DNA of 64,000 nt from Candidatus Bathyarchaeia archaeon (GTDB taxonomy: Archaea; Thermoproteota; Bathyarchaeia; Bathyarchaeales; Bathycorpusculaceae), in assembly GCA_038882955.1 (NCBI GenBank), contig JAVZNC010000001.1:96001-160000 (forward strand), in the 5' to 3' direction. Below the pieces are notes generated by a model. It ran no database searches. It was not told the origin of the DNA and worked only from the letters and a program-made list of their open reading frames with translations. Below are positions 1 through 9,233 of the stretch, one piece after another; within the stretch, counting starts at the first letter, position 1; every line of letters starts with the position of its first letter. Made by a program: the position numbers and the translations under genes.

Positions 1-284
1 GCATGAAAAAGAACTTCTTCCATGTTTATTGCCTTTAGAATATTTGAATCCCAACTGATTTTAAATTGGAGACCTACAATTCCCGGATCTTGCGGCATAT
101 TTTCAAGTTTAACGGTGATGTTAAATACGCTGCCTTCACTTACAAGTAGCGTGGCTGGATCCATTAGAATTGACGTCTCTTGTTCTTGTGCTTTTGAGAT
201 AGAAGCGATAAAACTTAGACTAAAAATTAAAAGAATGCATATTAATGTCATTGCTGTTCGATTTTTGTTCCGTGTCGTAAGCAT
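1..284 (-). CDS. Secreted cohesin-domain protein (partial; runs off left edge)
   Basis: Not in the ORF track. Manual translation from ATG at 284 (GGTGA RBS upstream) gives MLTTRNKNRTAMTLICILLIFSLSFIASISKAQEQ...FNITVKLENMPQDPGIVGLQFKISWDSNILKAINMEEVLF: a signal peptide plus a near copy of the first cohesin-like repeat of 395..2284 (NITVKIENIPQDPGLVGLQFKITWNPTIL). Confidence 0.85.
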   Translation of the reverse strand, partial: MLTTRNKNRTAMTLICILLIFSLSFIASISKAQEQETSILMDPATLLVSEGSVFNITVKLENMPQDPGIVGLQFKISWDSNILKAINMEEVLFH

Positions 285-394
285 CGAATGTTCACCTTGA
301 CCTACAATGGTATTTAAGTGAAACATTTAAGACTTTCGCAGTTCCCTTTCGTGAATGAAATGTCATAAAATTAAAAAATATTTGGGAATTGAAG

Positions 395-2284
395 CTACAC
401 TGTCTTGCCGAAATTTTTGGAAAGCAGAATCATATCGAATATGTCGACTATGTCATCGCCATTTATATCACAATCGGGATTCCAGTTAGGCATTCCAGGA
501 TTAGTTCCGAAGGCGTTTGAGGCCAGCAATGCATCTAGAACATCGACGATGTCGTCTCCGTTAATGTCGCCGGGGATCTTTATTTTTACAGTTCCATCAA
601 AGAAGATGTTGTCTGTTATGTCTAGTTCATAAGGAACGGAGGGAACTTCGGCTTTAATTGTGTGATTTCCGAAAGGAACACCGTTAGTGCTCCATGTGAT
701 TGTTTCTGTTGCATCCTCGCTTGGAGGCAGATCAGTTATATTAATTGTCATTATTATGGTATCGTCATAATAGATTTTTATGCTAAAGGTTTCTGTGATG
801 TTACCTTCATTTCTTACAGTTACTGTGATGTTTGCTTTTTGGCCTTGATATACTGCTGTTGGATACGCGTAGAGATCAACAATTGCTATGTCTCGTATTA
901 GACTTTGGAAAAAGCCATTGTATGTTTCGTGGGCGATCGGTTGTCCTATTGAGTTTATGAGTTTGGTGTTGCAGAGGGTCAGATTGCTTGAGCCTATAGC
1001 CTTAACTCTGAATTTGATGCTCGCTAGGGGGGTTTGTGCGTAGATGTTTAGGGGTGTGGCTGGCGGGTAGTAGGTTACGTTTATGGTTATGAAGCCTTTT
1101 AGGTTATCAATGTATTGGTTCGGTATGTAGTTTGTCTCGTTTAAGACATCGTGGATGGTTATTTGGAGGCAGATAAGTACATTTGGATTGAAGGTTAAGT
1201 TGAACTCGTATCCGTAAAGGTCTTCTACATCAGCAATGGTTACATTGATCGTGAATGTTGATGGAGGAAGCAATGTTGGATCAATTATTTCTTCTGGTTG
1301 CACGGCAAGTTTTGCTAATAATATGTTGTTGAAACTGCCACTTGAAGCTGTGTGCGGTAGGGGTTGACCTATTATGTCGAATAGTTTTGTGTCATAGAGG
1401 TTTAGAGGTGATTTCCCTAGACCTTCTACGTGGAATGTTATTATGGCTAAGGAGCCGTTGCCGCTGAGGGATGTCCCAAGTGAGACGTTAAATCGCATAT
1501 ACCCAGCAGCGTTGTTTATTTCGATGTTTGGAGTTACGGAAGGTGGAATGAAGTCACCTTGTTCGGCTTTTACCACGCTTAGTATACTGTTGTCGAAGCC
1601 TAATTTGAATTCGACACTGTAGATGTCAGTGGCTTTGCTGATGTTAACGTTAATTGTGAAATTGTGGCATGGCGTAAGGGTTATGTCGAAAATTTTTGGT
1701 GGATCTACGAAAAGTAATGCTGGTAAGGGTGGTGGAGAATTTTGGAAGTAGCCGTCAAATGCTTCGTGTGCGATCGGTTTACCTTTTGGATCTCCAAGTT
1801 TTGTGTTAGTTAGATCTAGAATTGTTTTTCCCACACCTTTTACTTTAAGCGTTATTATTGCGGCTGTATGATTGCCGGATATCGGTGCATATCCTTTTTC
1901 TAACGCTCGTGTTATGTTCATCCATGTGTAGGCGTACTCTGCATAACTTGCGGTTACATCATGGGCTAGCGGCCATATGTTACTTTTTTCGTTTGGTGGG
2001 GTTACGGAGTTGAATAAAATTTCTGTCATGCTTACTCCTTCTAGGATTGTGGGATTCCAAGTAATTTTGAATTGTAGTCCTACTAGTCCTGGATCTTGAG
2101 GTATGTTCTCGATTTTTACGGTTATGTTGAAGGTTTTACCCGGAGTTAGTGTTTGGTCGATTATTGATGACGGGACTATGTAGATTTTTGTATTTTGGGC
2201 GTATACTTTTGTTGGTGTTGTGAAGATGTAAAGAAGGGATAGCGCGAGAATCGTGAGGATTATTCCTTTTATTTTTTGTTGCAT
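395..2284 (-). CDS. Secreted scaffoldin-like protein: 3 cohesin-like repeats + CARDB + C-terminal dockerin
   Basis: Signal peptide. Three ~140-aa repeats (F.I.V.I...L.G.(Q/E)F.L.(W/F)(N/D)P..L ... ITF.V...G.S.L.L..TKL.D..G.PI.H...G.F). CARDB-like DIAIVDL...V.NEG...ETF...DNIF. Duplicated Ca-loop GDINGDDIVDVLD...DINGDDIVDIFD. Confidence 0.85.
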   Translation of the reverse strand: MQQKIKGIILTILALSLLYIFTTPTKVYAQNTKIYIVPSSIIDQTLTPGKTFNITVKIENIPQDPGLVGLQFKITWNPTILEGVSMTEILFNSVTPPNEKSNIWPLAHDVTASYAEYAYTWMNITRALEKGYAPISGNHTAAIITLKVKGVGKTILDLTNTKLGDPKGKPIAHEAFDGYFQNSPPPLPALLFVDPPKIFDITLTPCHNFTINVNISKATDIYSVEFKLGFDNSILSVVKAEQGDFIPPSVTPNIEINNAAGYMRFNVSLGTSLSGNGSLAIITFHVEGLGKSPLNLYDTKLFDIIGQPLPHTASSGSFNNILLAKLAVQPEEIIDPTLLPPSTFTINVTIADVEDLYGYEFNLTFNPNVLICLQITIHDVLNETNYIPNQYIDNLKGFITINVTYYPPATPLNIYAQTPLASIKFRVKAIGSSNLTLCNTKLINSIGQPIAHETYNGFFQSLIRDIAIVDLYAYPTAVYQGQKANITVTVRNEGNITETFSIKIYYDDTIIMTINITDLPPSEDATETITWSTNGVPFGNHTIKAEVPSVPYELDITDNIFFDGTVKIKIPGDINGDDIVDVLDALLASNAFGTNPGMPNWNPDCDINGDDIVDIFDMILLSKNFGKTV

Positions 2285-2336
2285 TCTCCTCTCCCCTTTG
2301 TAATTATTAAATTGTTTTTGGGGATTATAAATATTC

Positions 2337-2351
2337 TGGAATTGTTTTCTA
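2337..2351 (-). promoter_or_regulatory. Conserved TAGAA-N5-TTCCA operator upstream of TATA (TTTATAAT) of 395..2284
   Basis: Minus strand reads TAGAAAACAATTCCA-GAATA-TTTATAAT; the same motif and spacing occur at 5 promoters. Confidence 0.7.
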
Positions 2352-4388
2352 TGATTTTTTATTTGGGTATATTTTGTCTTTTAGGTTGTAGCCGTAGTAC
2401 CATGCTGTCCATCCGTTGTGGAAGGCTTCCGTTTCTTCTCTTTTCCTTTTTCTGTGGTAGAGCCAAATTATTAGCAAAAATATTAGGAGTAAGAGTAATA
2501 TGAGTAGCCAGTAGAACCATTCTGGGATGAACCAGCCTTTTGGTGGGGTCGAGATTGTTATTGTGCCGTTTGTGAGGTAGTTGTCTTCTGTGTCTTCTTC
2601 GTCTTGGACTGGCGTTGCGAACGCGCTTAGGATGTAGTTGCCTTCTGTTATGTTTTTGGTGTTCCAAAGGAAAGTTAGTATCGTTGTGCTGTTTGATGTT
2701 AGATTGTTTACTGTCTGGGTTTCGATGGCTGTTGTGTTGTGGTAGACTGTTACTTGGAATGATTCATCGTAATTTCCTTCGTTTTTGGCGACTACTTGGA
2801 TGGTTATTGTTTCTCCGATGTATGCTGTTTGGGTTGATGGTTGGATGCTTAGGAGGGCGATGTCATGTATTGGGGTTTTAACTCGCACTATTCCGTTTGT
2901 GAAGTTGTTGTCGGATATATCGATTTCGCCTTGGACAGGTTCTGCGTAGGCGCTTATTTCATAAAAACCCTCATCCACACCAAAAGTAACCCAAACGAAA
3001 GATAGTGTTGCTTGGATCCCGGATGAAAGATTTACTATTTGACAAGTTTCAATTAAATTTAAGTTTTGATACTCAATTTTTCTATAATAAATACTTAAAT
3101 TGAATGTCTCTGGAACTGTTCCTTCGTTTATAACATCGACGTTTATGTGAAGCGATTCGCCGACATATAAGCTTTCATTTGAGATTGTGATGTTTACAAT
3201 GGCAATATCATGAATAAAAGGTGGAATTTCTTGTTTAATTTCGATAATTCCATCAAGAAACCTATTGTCTGTTTTATCTGTTTCGTTGGTTAAGTAAGGA
3301 ATAAAGGCAATTACCGTGTAATTTCCAGTCTTAAGAGAGGATGTATTAGCAATGAAGTTTAAGGCTATTCTTGAATATGGCGTAAGTTTGGTTACTTCTA
3401 TATTTTCAATGAGGGTATCGTTAAAATATGTTATTACGTCAAAACTCTCAATTTCCGTTCCCTCGTTTTGAACAAATACAGTTATATTCACAAGCTGACC
3501 TTGATTGACAGATCTGGCTGAAGAAATTACTCTTGTGATGGCTACGTCGTGGAAACATAATGCCAATGGTGGTGAAGGCGTAATAAAAAATTCTACCGAT
3601 ACGGCAGGACTATAAGGGATTCCACCTTCATTTATTGATTTTGTGAGTGGAACTACACTTGCGATTGCTTTTCCTATGTGTGACCATTTAGGAATATATG
3701 CCTTACAATATAATATTACTGGTTTCTCATTGGGATAAACTTCAAAATTAGGTACTATAGAGAAGTTGACGGGTACTCCTACCTCGTCTTGTATGGTTAT
3801 GGCGAGTGTGACATTCTTTTCTATCATCGCCATATTTTTTAGCGCAATCTCTAGTCCTACGTCACCCTCAATTCCGAAAAATGCTTGGTAATTGTTATTT
3901 TCGTTAATGGTTCGGACTTGTATTATTTTTACAATATAATCTACTTTAAAGGTGAGTGTATCTTGAACGACTTTGTTTCCAACGATAGTGATGGCTAGAA
4001 CAAACCATTCTCCAAAAAATTCGGTTTCGTTTTCACATTTTTGGGGTATTGTGAAATTAGTTGTTGCAATACCACTTGCATTTGTTACACCGAAGAGAGT
4101 GAAATAGGTTCCTTCAGGGACTCGTATGTGAAAAGATACGAAATAATTTTCGCGGGGATATCCGTTATATGTAACTAGGGCAAATAAAATAACGGCTTCG
4201 TTAGGACCAAATGAGTCGCTTGGCGTATTCGGCCCTCTTCCACAGTATGGTTCTTTTTGTGTGAACACGTCAATTTCTTCAATAGCATCTTCAGAAAAAA
4301 TTAAAACCATGTTTCTTGATACTCCATCGATAAGAATCAGCATCATTATTGCCAAGGCTAACGTTTTCGGTAGAGTTTTCATCATCAT
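2349..4388 (-). CDS. Membrane-anchored surface protein: shared N-terminal Ig/MG-like module, 3 CARDB repeats, C-terminal TM helix
   Basis: N-terminal hydrophobic segment; three HD(V/I)A...V.NEG...E(S/T)F...DN repeats; C-terminal IPEWFYWLLILLLLLIFLLIIWLY-HRKRKR; many N-x-S/T sequons. Confidence 0.8.
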   Translation of the reverse strand: MMMKTLPKTLALAIMMLILIDGVSRNMVLIFSEDAIEEIDVFTQKEPYCGRGPNTPSDSFGPNEAVILFALVTYNGYPRENYFVSFHIRVPEGTYFTLFGVTNASGIATTNFTIPQKCENETEFFGEWFVLAITIVGNKVVQDTLTFKVDYIVKIIQVRTINENNNYQAFFGIEGDVGLEIALKNMAMIEKNVTLAITIQDEVGVPVNFSIVPNFEVYPNEKPVILYCKAYIPKWSHIGKAIASVVPLTKSINEGGIPYSPAVSVEFFITPSPPLALCFHDVAITRVISSARSVNQGQLVNITVFVQNEGTEIESFDVITYFNDTLIENIEVTKLTPYSRIALNFIANTSSLKTGNYTVIAFIPYLTNETDKTDNRFLDGIIEIKQEIPPFIHDIAIVNITISNESLYVGESLHINVDVINEGTVPETFNLSIYYRKIEYQNLNLIETCQIVNLSSGIQATLSFVWVTFGVDEGFYEISAYAEPVQGEIDISDNNFTNGIVRVKTPIHDIALLSIQPSTQTAYIGETITIQVVAKNEGNYDESFQVTVYHNTTAIETQTVNNLTSNSTTILTFLWNTKNITEGNYILSAFATPVQDEEDTEDNYLTNGTITISTPPKGWFIPEWFYWLLILLLLLIFLLIIWLYHRKRKREETEAFHNGWTAWYYGYNLKDKIYPNKKS

Positions 4389-4511
4389 CGCATATTATTA
4401 CTCTATCTTGACTTCTTTAATGGTATTCTTTAATCAGAAATATTACTATGATAGATATCAGTTCACGAATTTCGTTGGGTTAATTTTGTCACTGATTGGA
4501 TGGTTTTGCAA

Positions 4512-6089
4512 TTAGATTGATTCTCCATAATGCGCTGAGAGGATGATTGCGTCGAATATGTCTATTTCTCCTGAGTTGTCGAGGTCTGCGTTGGGGTTCC
4601 AGTTTGGGTTGCCGGGTTTGGCGCCGAAAGATATGCTTAACAATATAGCGTCGAATATATCCACTGTTCCGTCACCATTAATGTCGCCTAGTAACGCGAT
4701 AAAACGAACTATTACAATTTTTGTTTCATTATCTTTAAGTCCACCAGCATCGGTTATCGTTAGCGTTACTGTATAGTTTGCTTCCGCTGAATATTTGTGA
4801 GTTATTGTGGGGTAATTTCCGCTTGTTATGTTTCCGTCTCCAAAGTTCCATTCATAATTAACTATCGGTGGGCTAGCTGTTCCATTCCAGCCCAGTTTCG
4901 AACTTGTAGCATCGAAGGTTACGGTTTGATTTACGAGTGGAGTTGATGGGTACCATATGAAGTTGGCGGTGGGTCCTGTTGGAGGAAGTATTGTTATAGG
5001 TTTGGATGTTATAGACCACAAGCCTTCACTATCTGTGACATTGAGTGTAACAATGTAGGTGTTAACTTGCGTAAACGTATGGTTGATTGTAGGAGTCGTT
5101 TTGGATTCTTTTGGTGTGCCGTCACCGAAGTCCCATTCATATTTGACTATTGTGTCGTTGTATCCTTCTGCTGTTGATGATGAGGCATCGAAAGCGATGC
5201 TCATGTTAACGTAGGGTTCAAGTGGTGTATAAAAGAATGAAGCTTGAGGTGGAGAGGGTGATGACTCAACTTGGAAGGTTGTTGCATTTTGGATTAATGT
5301 TGAGTCTTTGCTGGTGCTTGTATAGATTGTGTAGATTCCTGATTTTGACTCGGGATGCAGTCTCAAGTTTGTCAAAAAGGTTCCTTCATTTGTAGGTGGG
5401 GTGCTTGGAGGAGTTGTGGAATAGGAAAGTTCTGGGTTTCTTTTAATTTCGAAGGATACAGATTTTTCTGGACAATATGGAATCCCGCCGTCTTTCGGGA
5501 GATTTGAATATATATTGGCAAATATTGTTGCATTTCCTGGATATGCCCATGGGTCTAGGCGTGTTGCCATAAATGAAAAGGTTCTGCTTTCTCCAGGGTT
5601 AAGTGTGGGGTTCATTGGATACCAGACGCCAAGGGGGATGTTGTTTCCATCATAAAGGGTTAAGGCAACCAGCGCACTGTGAGGTTGGCTATCAAAGTTT
5701 TTGATTGTGCCTCTTATGTAGAGGATTTGTTTTACAATAAAGGAGTATTTTGGATTTCCATCTATAGAGTCTGTTGGATAAAGACTTACAAAGTTTACTG
5801 GCCACGTGGTTGCAGAGATATTTCCTGTAGGCACTGTTCGAAAGATGATGGGTAAATTAGAAGGATTTCGTATTTCTACGGCTACGAGGGCATTTGAAAT
5901 TGGTGTTCCATCCTGTTTTAACGCCCCTTGGATTAGTATGTTTTCCCTTATGTAATATGCTGGTTTGTTTGTTGAAACGGCAAGGTAAAGTGGATCGCTT
6001 GATTGTGATGAGTGACATATTGGTAATTTTATAATTATTAGTATGGAGAATAGTAAACAAGTGGATAATACTTTTTTTAATTGCAACAA
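4512..6089 (-). CDS. Secreted protein with MG-like module, 2 PKD domains and C-terminal dockerin
   Basis: Two PKD repeats (FDASSS...YEWDFGDG, YEWNFGDG) and dockerin GDINGDGTVDIFD...DLDNSGEIDIFD. The ORF extends to 6113, but the GGAGTGA RBS and TATA position favour a TTG start at ~6089/6086. Confidence 0.85.
   Translation of the reverse strand: MLQLKKVLSTCLLFSILIIIKLPICHSSQSSDPLYLAVSTNKPAYYIRENILIQGALKQDGTPISNALVAVEIRNPSNLPIIFRTVPTGNISATTWPVNFVSLYPTDSIDGNPKYSFIVKQILYIRGTIKNFDSQPHSALVALTLYDGNNIPLGVWYPMNPTLNPGESRTFSFMATRLDPWAYPGNATIFANIYSNLPKDGGIPYCPEKSVSFEIKRNPELSYSTTPPSTPPTNEGTFLTNLRLHPESKSGIYTIYTSTSKDSTLIQNATTFQVESSPSPPQASFFYTPLEPYVNMSIAFDASSSTAEGYNDTIVKYEWDFGDGTPKESKTTPTINHTFTQVNTYIVTLNVTDSEGLWSITSKPITILPPTGPTANFIWYPSTPLVNQTVTFDATSSKLGWNGTASPPIVNYEWNFGDGNITSGNYPTITHKYSAEANYTVTLTITDAGGLKDNETKIVIVRFIALLGDINGDGTVDIFDAILLSISFGAKPGNPNWNPNADLDNSGEIDIFDAIILSAHYGESI
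4521..4592. repeat. 72-bp exact direct repeat, copy 1 (second half of dockerin coding sequence)
   Basis: ttctccataatgcgctgagagg...gaggtctgcgtt is identical to 6238..6309. Confidence 0.9.
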
Positions 6090-6140
6090 TCCGTCACTCC
6101 TTTTAAAAAGCATTATTGATATGAAAACTAATAAGGTTTC

Positions 6141-6155
6141 TGGAATTATTTTCTA
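6141..6155 (-). promoter_or_regulatory. Conserved TAGAA-N5-TTCCA operator upstream of TATA of the PKD/dockerin gene
   Basis: Minus strand TAGAAAATAATTCCA-GAAAC-CTTATTAG; 6131..6155 is identical to 7284..7308. Confidence 0.7.
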
Positions 6156-6225
6156 CTTTGTGTTGAAAACTTAAAACGGAGAAGCTTTACCTTTTCTAGC
6201 GTTTGAATAATCCGTTTATTGATAT

Positions 6226-7248
6226 TTAAAGCGCTTCTTCTCCATAATGCGCTGAGAGGATGATTGCGTCGAATATGTCTATTTCTCCTGAGTTGTCGAG
6301 GTCTGCGTTTGGGTTCCATTTTGGATCACCATTATGTGAGCCATAAGCTATTGACATTAAAATGGCATCGAAAATATCAACTACTTTATCTCCGTTTATA
6401 TCGCCGATTAGAACGACTTCAAATGTTTTATTGGTTGTGGCTATTTGTCCTTCACTGTAAGCGCTTGCATAAACTGTGTAGTTGCCTATGCGGGCGTCCG
6501 TTTTGGGCAGCCGTAAAGATAGTTCGTATGTCCCCGCATCGAATGTTTCAGCATATTGGATTAGGTTTGAGGTTGAGGATGAAGTTGAGCTTGTAATTGT
6601 GAATGTTGCTGTTCTTTCTGGGCAGTATGGGTAACCACCGTTTTTTGGGAAATCCGTGTAAGCGTTGGCGTACAATGTGGCGGTTCCAAGGGCGGCTGAT
6701 GATGGAATTTTATCTGCGAAAAAAAGGACACTTTTGGAGGCGCCTGGTTCTAGGGTTGTGGTCAGGGGGTACCATGAGCCTATGGGAACCATGTTGGCGT
6801 CAAAAAGGGTTATACAGGCTATGACTGCGTGGCTGCTGATTGTGTCAAAGTTTTTAATTTCAAAAAATATGTAGAGGTTGTTTCCTCTTTTGAAACTGTA
6901 TTTTGGGTATCCGTTGGAGTCACATGAGAACAGTTGTGTATAGTTTACAAGCCAGTTTTCAGAAGTTATGGTGCCTGAGGGTCTTGTTCTAAATGCGAAG
7001 GGCAGGTTTGCTGGATCCCTAATTTCGATTCCAATAACTGTGTTGACTGATATGTTGTATGGTTGCCATTTTAGGGTTCCGTTTATGTATACGTTTTCGT
7101 TTAGGCCGTATCTATGTTTGTCTGTGGATACCGTTATTTCAAGTGTGACAACGGCGCTTAATGTTGGTTTTGCACATATGATAAGAAACAGTATTATAAG
7201 TAGTAACCATGTTTGTAAATGCGACTTTCTGATTGTTTTGGTGTACAT
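6226..7248 (-). CDS. Secreted dockerin protein, paralog of the 4512 gene lacking PKD domains
   Basis: Signal peptide; STDK..Y...E MG-like start; P.NGGYPYCPE motif shared with the 4512 gene; dockerin GDINGDKVVDIFD...DLDNSGEIDIFD. Confidence 0.85.
   Translation of the reverse strand: MYTKTIRKSHLQTWLLLIILFLIICAKPTLSAVVTLEITVSTDKHRYGLNENVYINGTLKWQPYNISVNTVIGIEIRDPANLPFAFRTRPSGTITSENWLVNYTQLFSCDSNGYPKYSFKRGNNLYIFFEIKNFDTISSHAVIACITLFDANMVPIGSWYPLTTTLEPGASKSVLFFADKIPSSAALGTATLYANAYTDFPKNGGYPYCPERTATFTITSSTSSSTSNLIQYAETFDAGTYELSLRLPKTDARIGNYTVYASAYSEGQIATTNKTFEVVLIGDINGDKVVDIFDAILMSIAYGSHNGDPKWNPNADLDNSGEIDIFDAIILSAHYGEEAL
6238..6309. repeat. 72-bp exact direct repeat, copy 2
   Basis: Identical to 4521..4592. 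Confidence 0.9.
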
Positions 7249-7293
7249 ATTGTTCTAGTTCTAGTTATTCTTAATTCTTCACTATAAGGTTTC

Positions 7294-7308
7294 TGGAATT
7301 ATTTTCTA
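7294..7308 (-). promoter_or_regulatory. Conserved TAGAA-N5-TTCCA operator upstream of TATA of 6226..7248
   Basis: Minus strand TAGAAAATAATTCCA-GAAAC-CTTATAGT. Confidence 0.7.
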
Positions 7309-7329
7309 TCTTGTTGAAAATTTAGAATT

Positions 7330-7345
7330 AAAAAAAGAGGGGAAG
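7330..7345 (-). terminator. Pyrimidine/oligo-T terminator after the 7356 gene
   Basis: Minus strand CTTCCCCTCTTTTTTT just after the stop codon. Confidence 0.5.
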
Positions 7346-7355
7346 TTTTGTTTGT

Positions 7356-9170
7356 TTAGGCCCATTCGGCTAGTATGTCCACAGGCACTGGAGTGAATGG
7401 TCCGCTTACGACTGTTCCGCCGTTGGCTGGCCAGTCGTTTAGTACGCCTACGATTATTTTGGCTTGTCCTGCTCTTGCCCATTTGACCACGTGAATGCTT
7501 ACTGTTTCTCTGAAGTTCTTGTAGCTGCAGTATTGGGCTCCGCCTACTGATGTTTCTACGTAGATGAAGCCGAAGGGTACGCCTGTTTCATCTAGAACTG
7601 TGACTGACAGTATTACGTCGTAGTGTTGCATTGCGTAGGATTTGAATTCAACTGTTATGTTCATGTATTCGCAGTGGGCGTATTTGGTTTTGTCTGTTGT
7701 TACTTTGACTATGCGGACTAGGTAGTCGTATTTGAAGGTTAACGTGTCGTTCACAATTGTGCATGCAACATCAACTGTTCCTATTACTGTCCATTCTCCG
7801 AAGTAGTATTCTGGGTCGTCGCATGGCCACGGCAGCCTAAAGAAGGCTTCTGCTATGCCCGTGGCGTTTGTTCTCGCGTAGATTACTGTGTATGTGTCGC
7901 CGTGGGGGTCGATAATTTGGAAGGCTACATCCTTGTTCTGTTCTGGCCATTCGTTGTATGTTACTTTAGCGTATAGTATTACTTCTTTCTGTGGCCAGAA
8001 CATGTCGCTTGGTTTGCCTATTCCTTGTCCGCCGTATGGGTCTGGATATTGCGTGAATATGTCGATCATTCTGCCTAAAACTTTTGGTCTTATGCTGTAG
8101 GAGCCGTCTACTGGTGGATTTTGTGGGACTGGTTGAGCTAGCCAGTTTCCAATTTTAGTGTCGTAGAGATCCAAGACGCAGCTTAAAACTTCTGGGAACA
8201 TTCCTTGTAAGGTAGCGTTGAATTCTATTATGGCGAGCACTCCTGAATCGCTTGGGAACGGCGCATGCCATACACCGTGTGCGTCTGGAAGCACCAAGTC
8301 ACCGAACAGTACATAGTTGGTTCCTATAACATGCATTGGTAATGTGCCTTGGTTCGGTGAAGCCCCAAATGGCTTCAGCCACGGTCCTTCATAAACATTT
8401 AACACTTGAAGTAGTGTATTATTGAACTTCAGTTTGAATTCAAAGCCTACTGCTTCCCATCCGGCGTCCAAATTGTTTATTTTAATGCTTATGTTGAATA
8501 CTTGTCCTAGGGCAGTTGCTTCAAAGCTTGGTGGATCAACCGAGAAGAATGGCTTAATGGTTGGCGGCGACCAGTTAAGCCTGTAATAGCCATTTATCAC
8601 AGTGTGCGGAATAGGCTTTCCAGCTATGTCACCAGGCTTACTAACTGTTATATTAAGAACACAATCAACAAAACCCTCAGCCATTGTTGGAACTTTCTTA
8701 ACTTTTAGGGTTATTATTGCTGCTGCTAGTTTTCCTTCTGGGTAGCCTTCAGCCAGAGTTATATTTATGGGCGCATAGCCCAGGTCTTTGGCTCTTGTTA
8801 AGTTCTTGTAGGTATAGGCGTACCAGACGTGGTCTGCTGCCACTTCGTGAGACAGTTGCCATATGTTTCCTGTCTCACCGGGCGGTGTAACTGTTTTGAA
8901 GAGGTTTTCAGTCATGTCGACGCCTTCAAGTAATGCTGGGTCCCAGTAAAGTTTGAACTCGAAACCGCCAATGTTAGTCATGTTTGCGATGGCGACGCTT
9001 ACTGTGAAGGTATCGCCCACTCCAAGGTATGGTGGTGGAAATATGTTGTTTGTTGGATCTACGAGAACTAGGGCCCCGTCTGTTGCGTATGTTGGAAGGA
9101 CGTTTGCGAATCCCAAGATCATCATTGAAGTCAAGAAGAGCGCTATTGCTTTTAGAATTCTATTCTTCAT
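7356..9170 (-). CDS. Secreted scaffoldin-like protein: 2 cohesin-like domains + shared Ig/MG-like module (no dockerin)
   Basis: Signal peptide MKNRILK... (RBS upstream; ORF extends to 9200). Two cohesin-like repeats (FTVSVAIANMTNIGGFEFKLYWDPALL; FNISIKINNL...GFEFKLKFNNTLL). The C-terminal half is homologous to the N-terminus of 2349..4388. Confidence 0.85.
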   Translation of the reverse strand: MKNRILKAIALFLTSMMILGFANVLPTYATDGALVLVDPTNNIFPPPYLGVGDTFTVSVAIANMTNIGGFEFKLYWDPALLEGVDMTENLFKTVTPPGETGNIWQLSHEVAADHVWYAYTYKNLTRAKDLGYAPINITLAEGYPEGKLAAAIITLKVKKVPTMAEGFVDCVLNITVSKPGDIAGKPIPHTVINGYYRLNWSPPTIKPFFSVDPPSFEATALGQVFNISIKINNLDAGWEAVGFEFKLKFNNTLLQVLNVYEGPWLKPFGASPNQGTLPMHVIGTNYVLFGDLVLPDAHGVWHAPFPSDSGVLAIIEFNATLQGMFPEVLSCVLDLYDTKIGNWLAQPVPQNPPVDGSYSIRPKVLGRMIDIFTQYPDPYGGQGIGKPSDMFWPQKEVILYAKVTYNEWPEQNKDVAFQIIDPHGDTYTVIYARTNATGIAEAFFRLPWPCDDPEYYFGEWTVIGTVDVACTIVNDTLTFKYDYLVRIVKVTTDKTKYAHCEYMNITVEFKSYAMQHYDVILSVTVLDETGVPFGFIYVETSVGGAQYCSYKNFRETVSIHVVKWARAGQAKIIVGVLNDWPANGGTVVSGPFTPVPVDILAEWA

Positions 9171-9233
9171 TTTTGTTTTCTCCCTTCTCCATTCGTTCAA
9201 TAGATTATTTGCAGTTTCTAAATTTAAAGATTC

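Noticed and set aside
22-300. 92-aa plus-strand ORF in the track
   Set aside because: It is the antisense shadow of the real minus-strand cohesin gene fragment (1..284).
4521-6309. Repeat pair as a diversity-generating retroelement TR/VR
   Set aside because: Both copies are coding and identical over 72 bp, there is no adenine-specific mismatch pattern, and no reverse transcriptase is present in the window.
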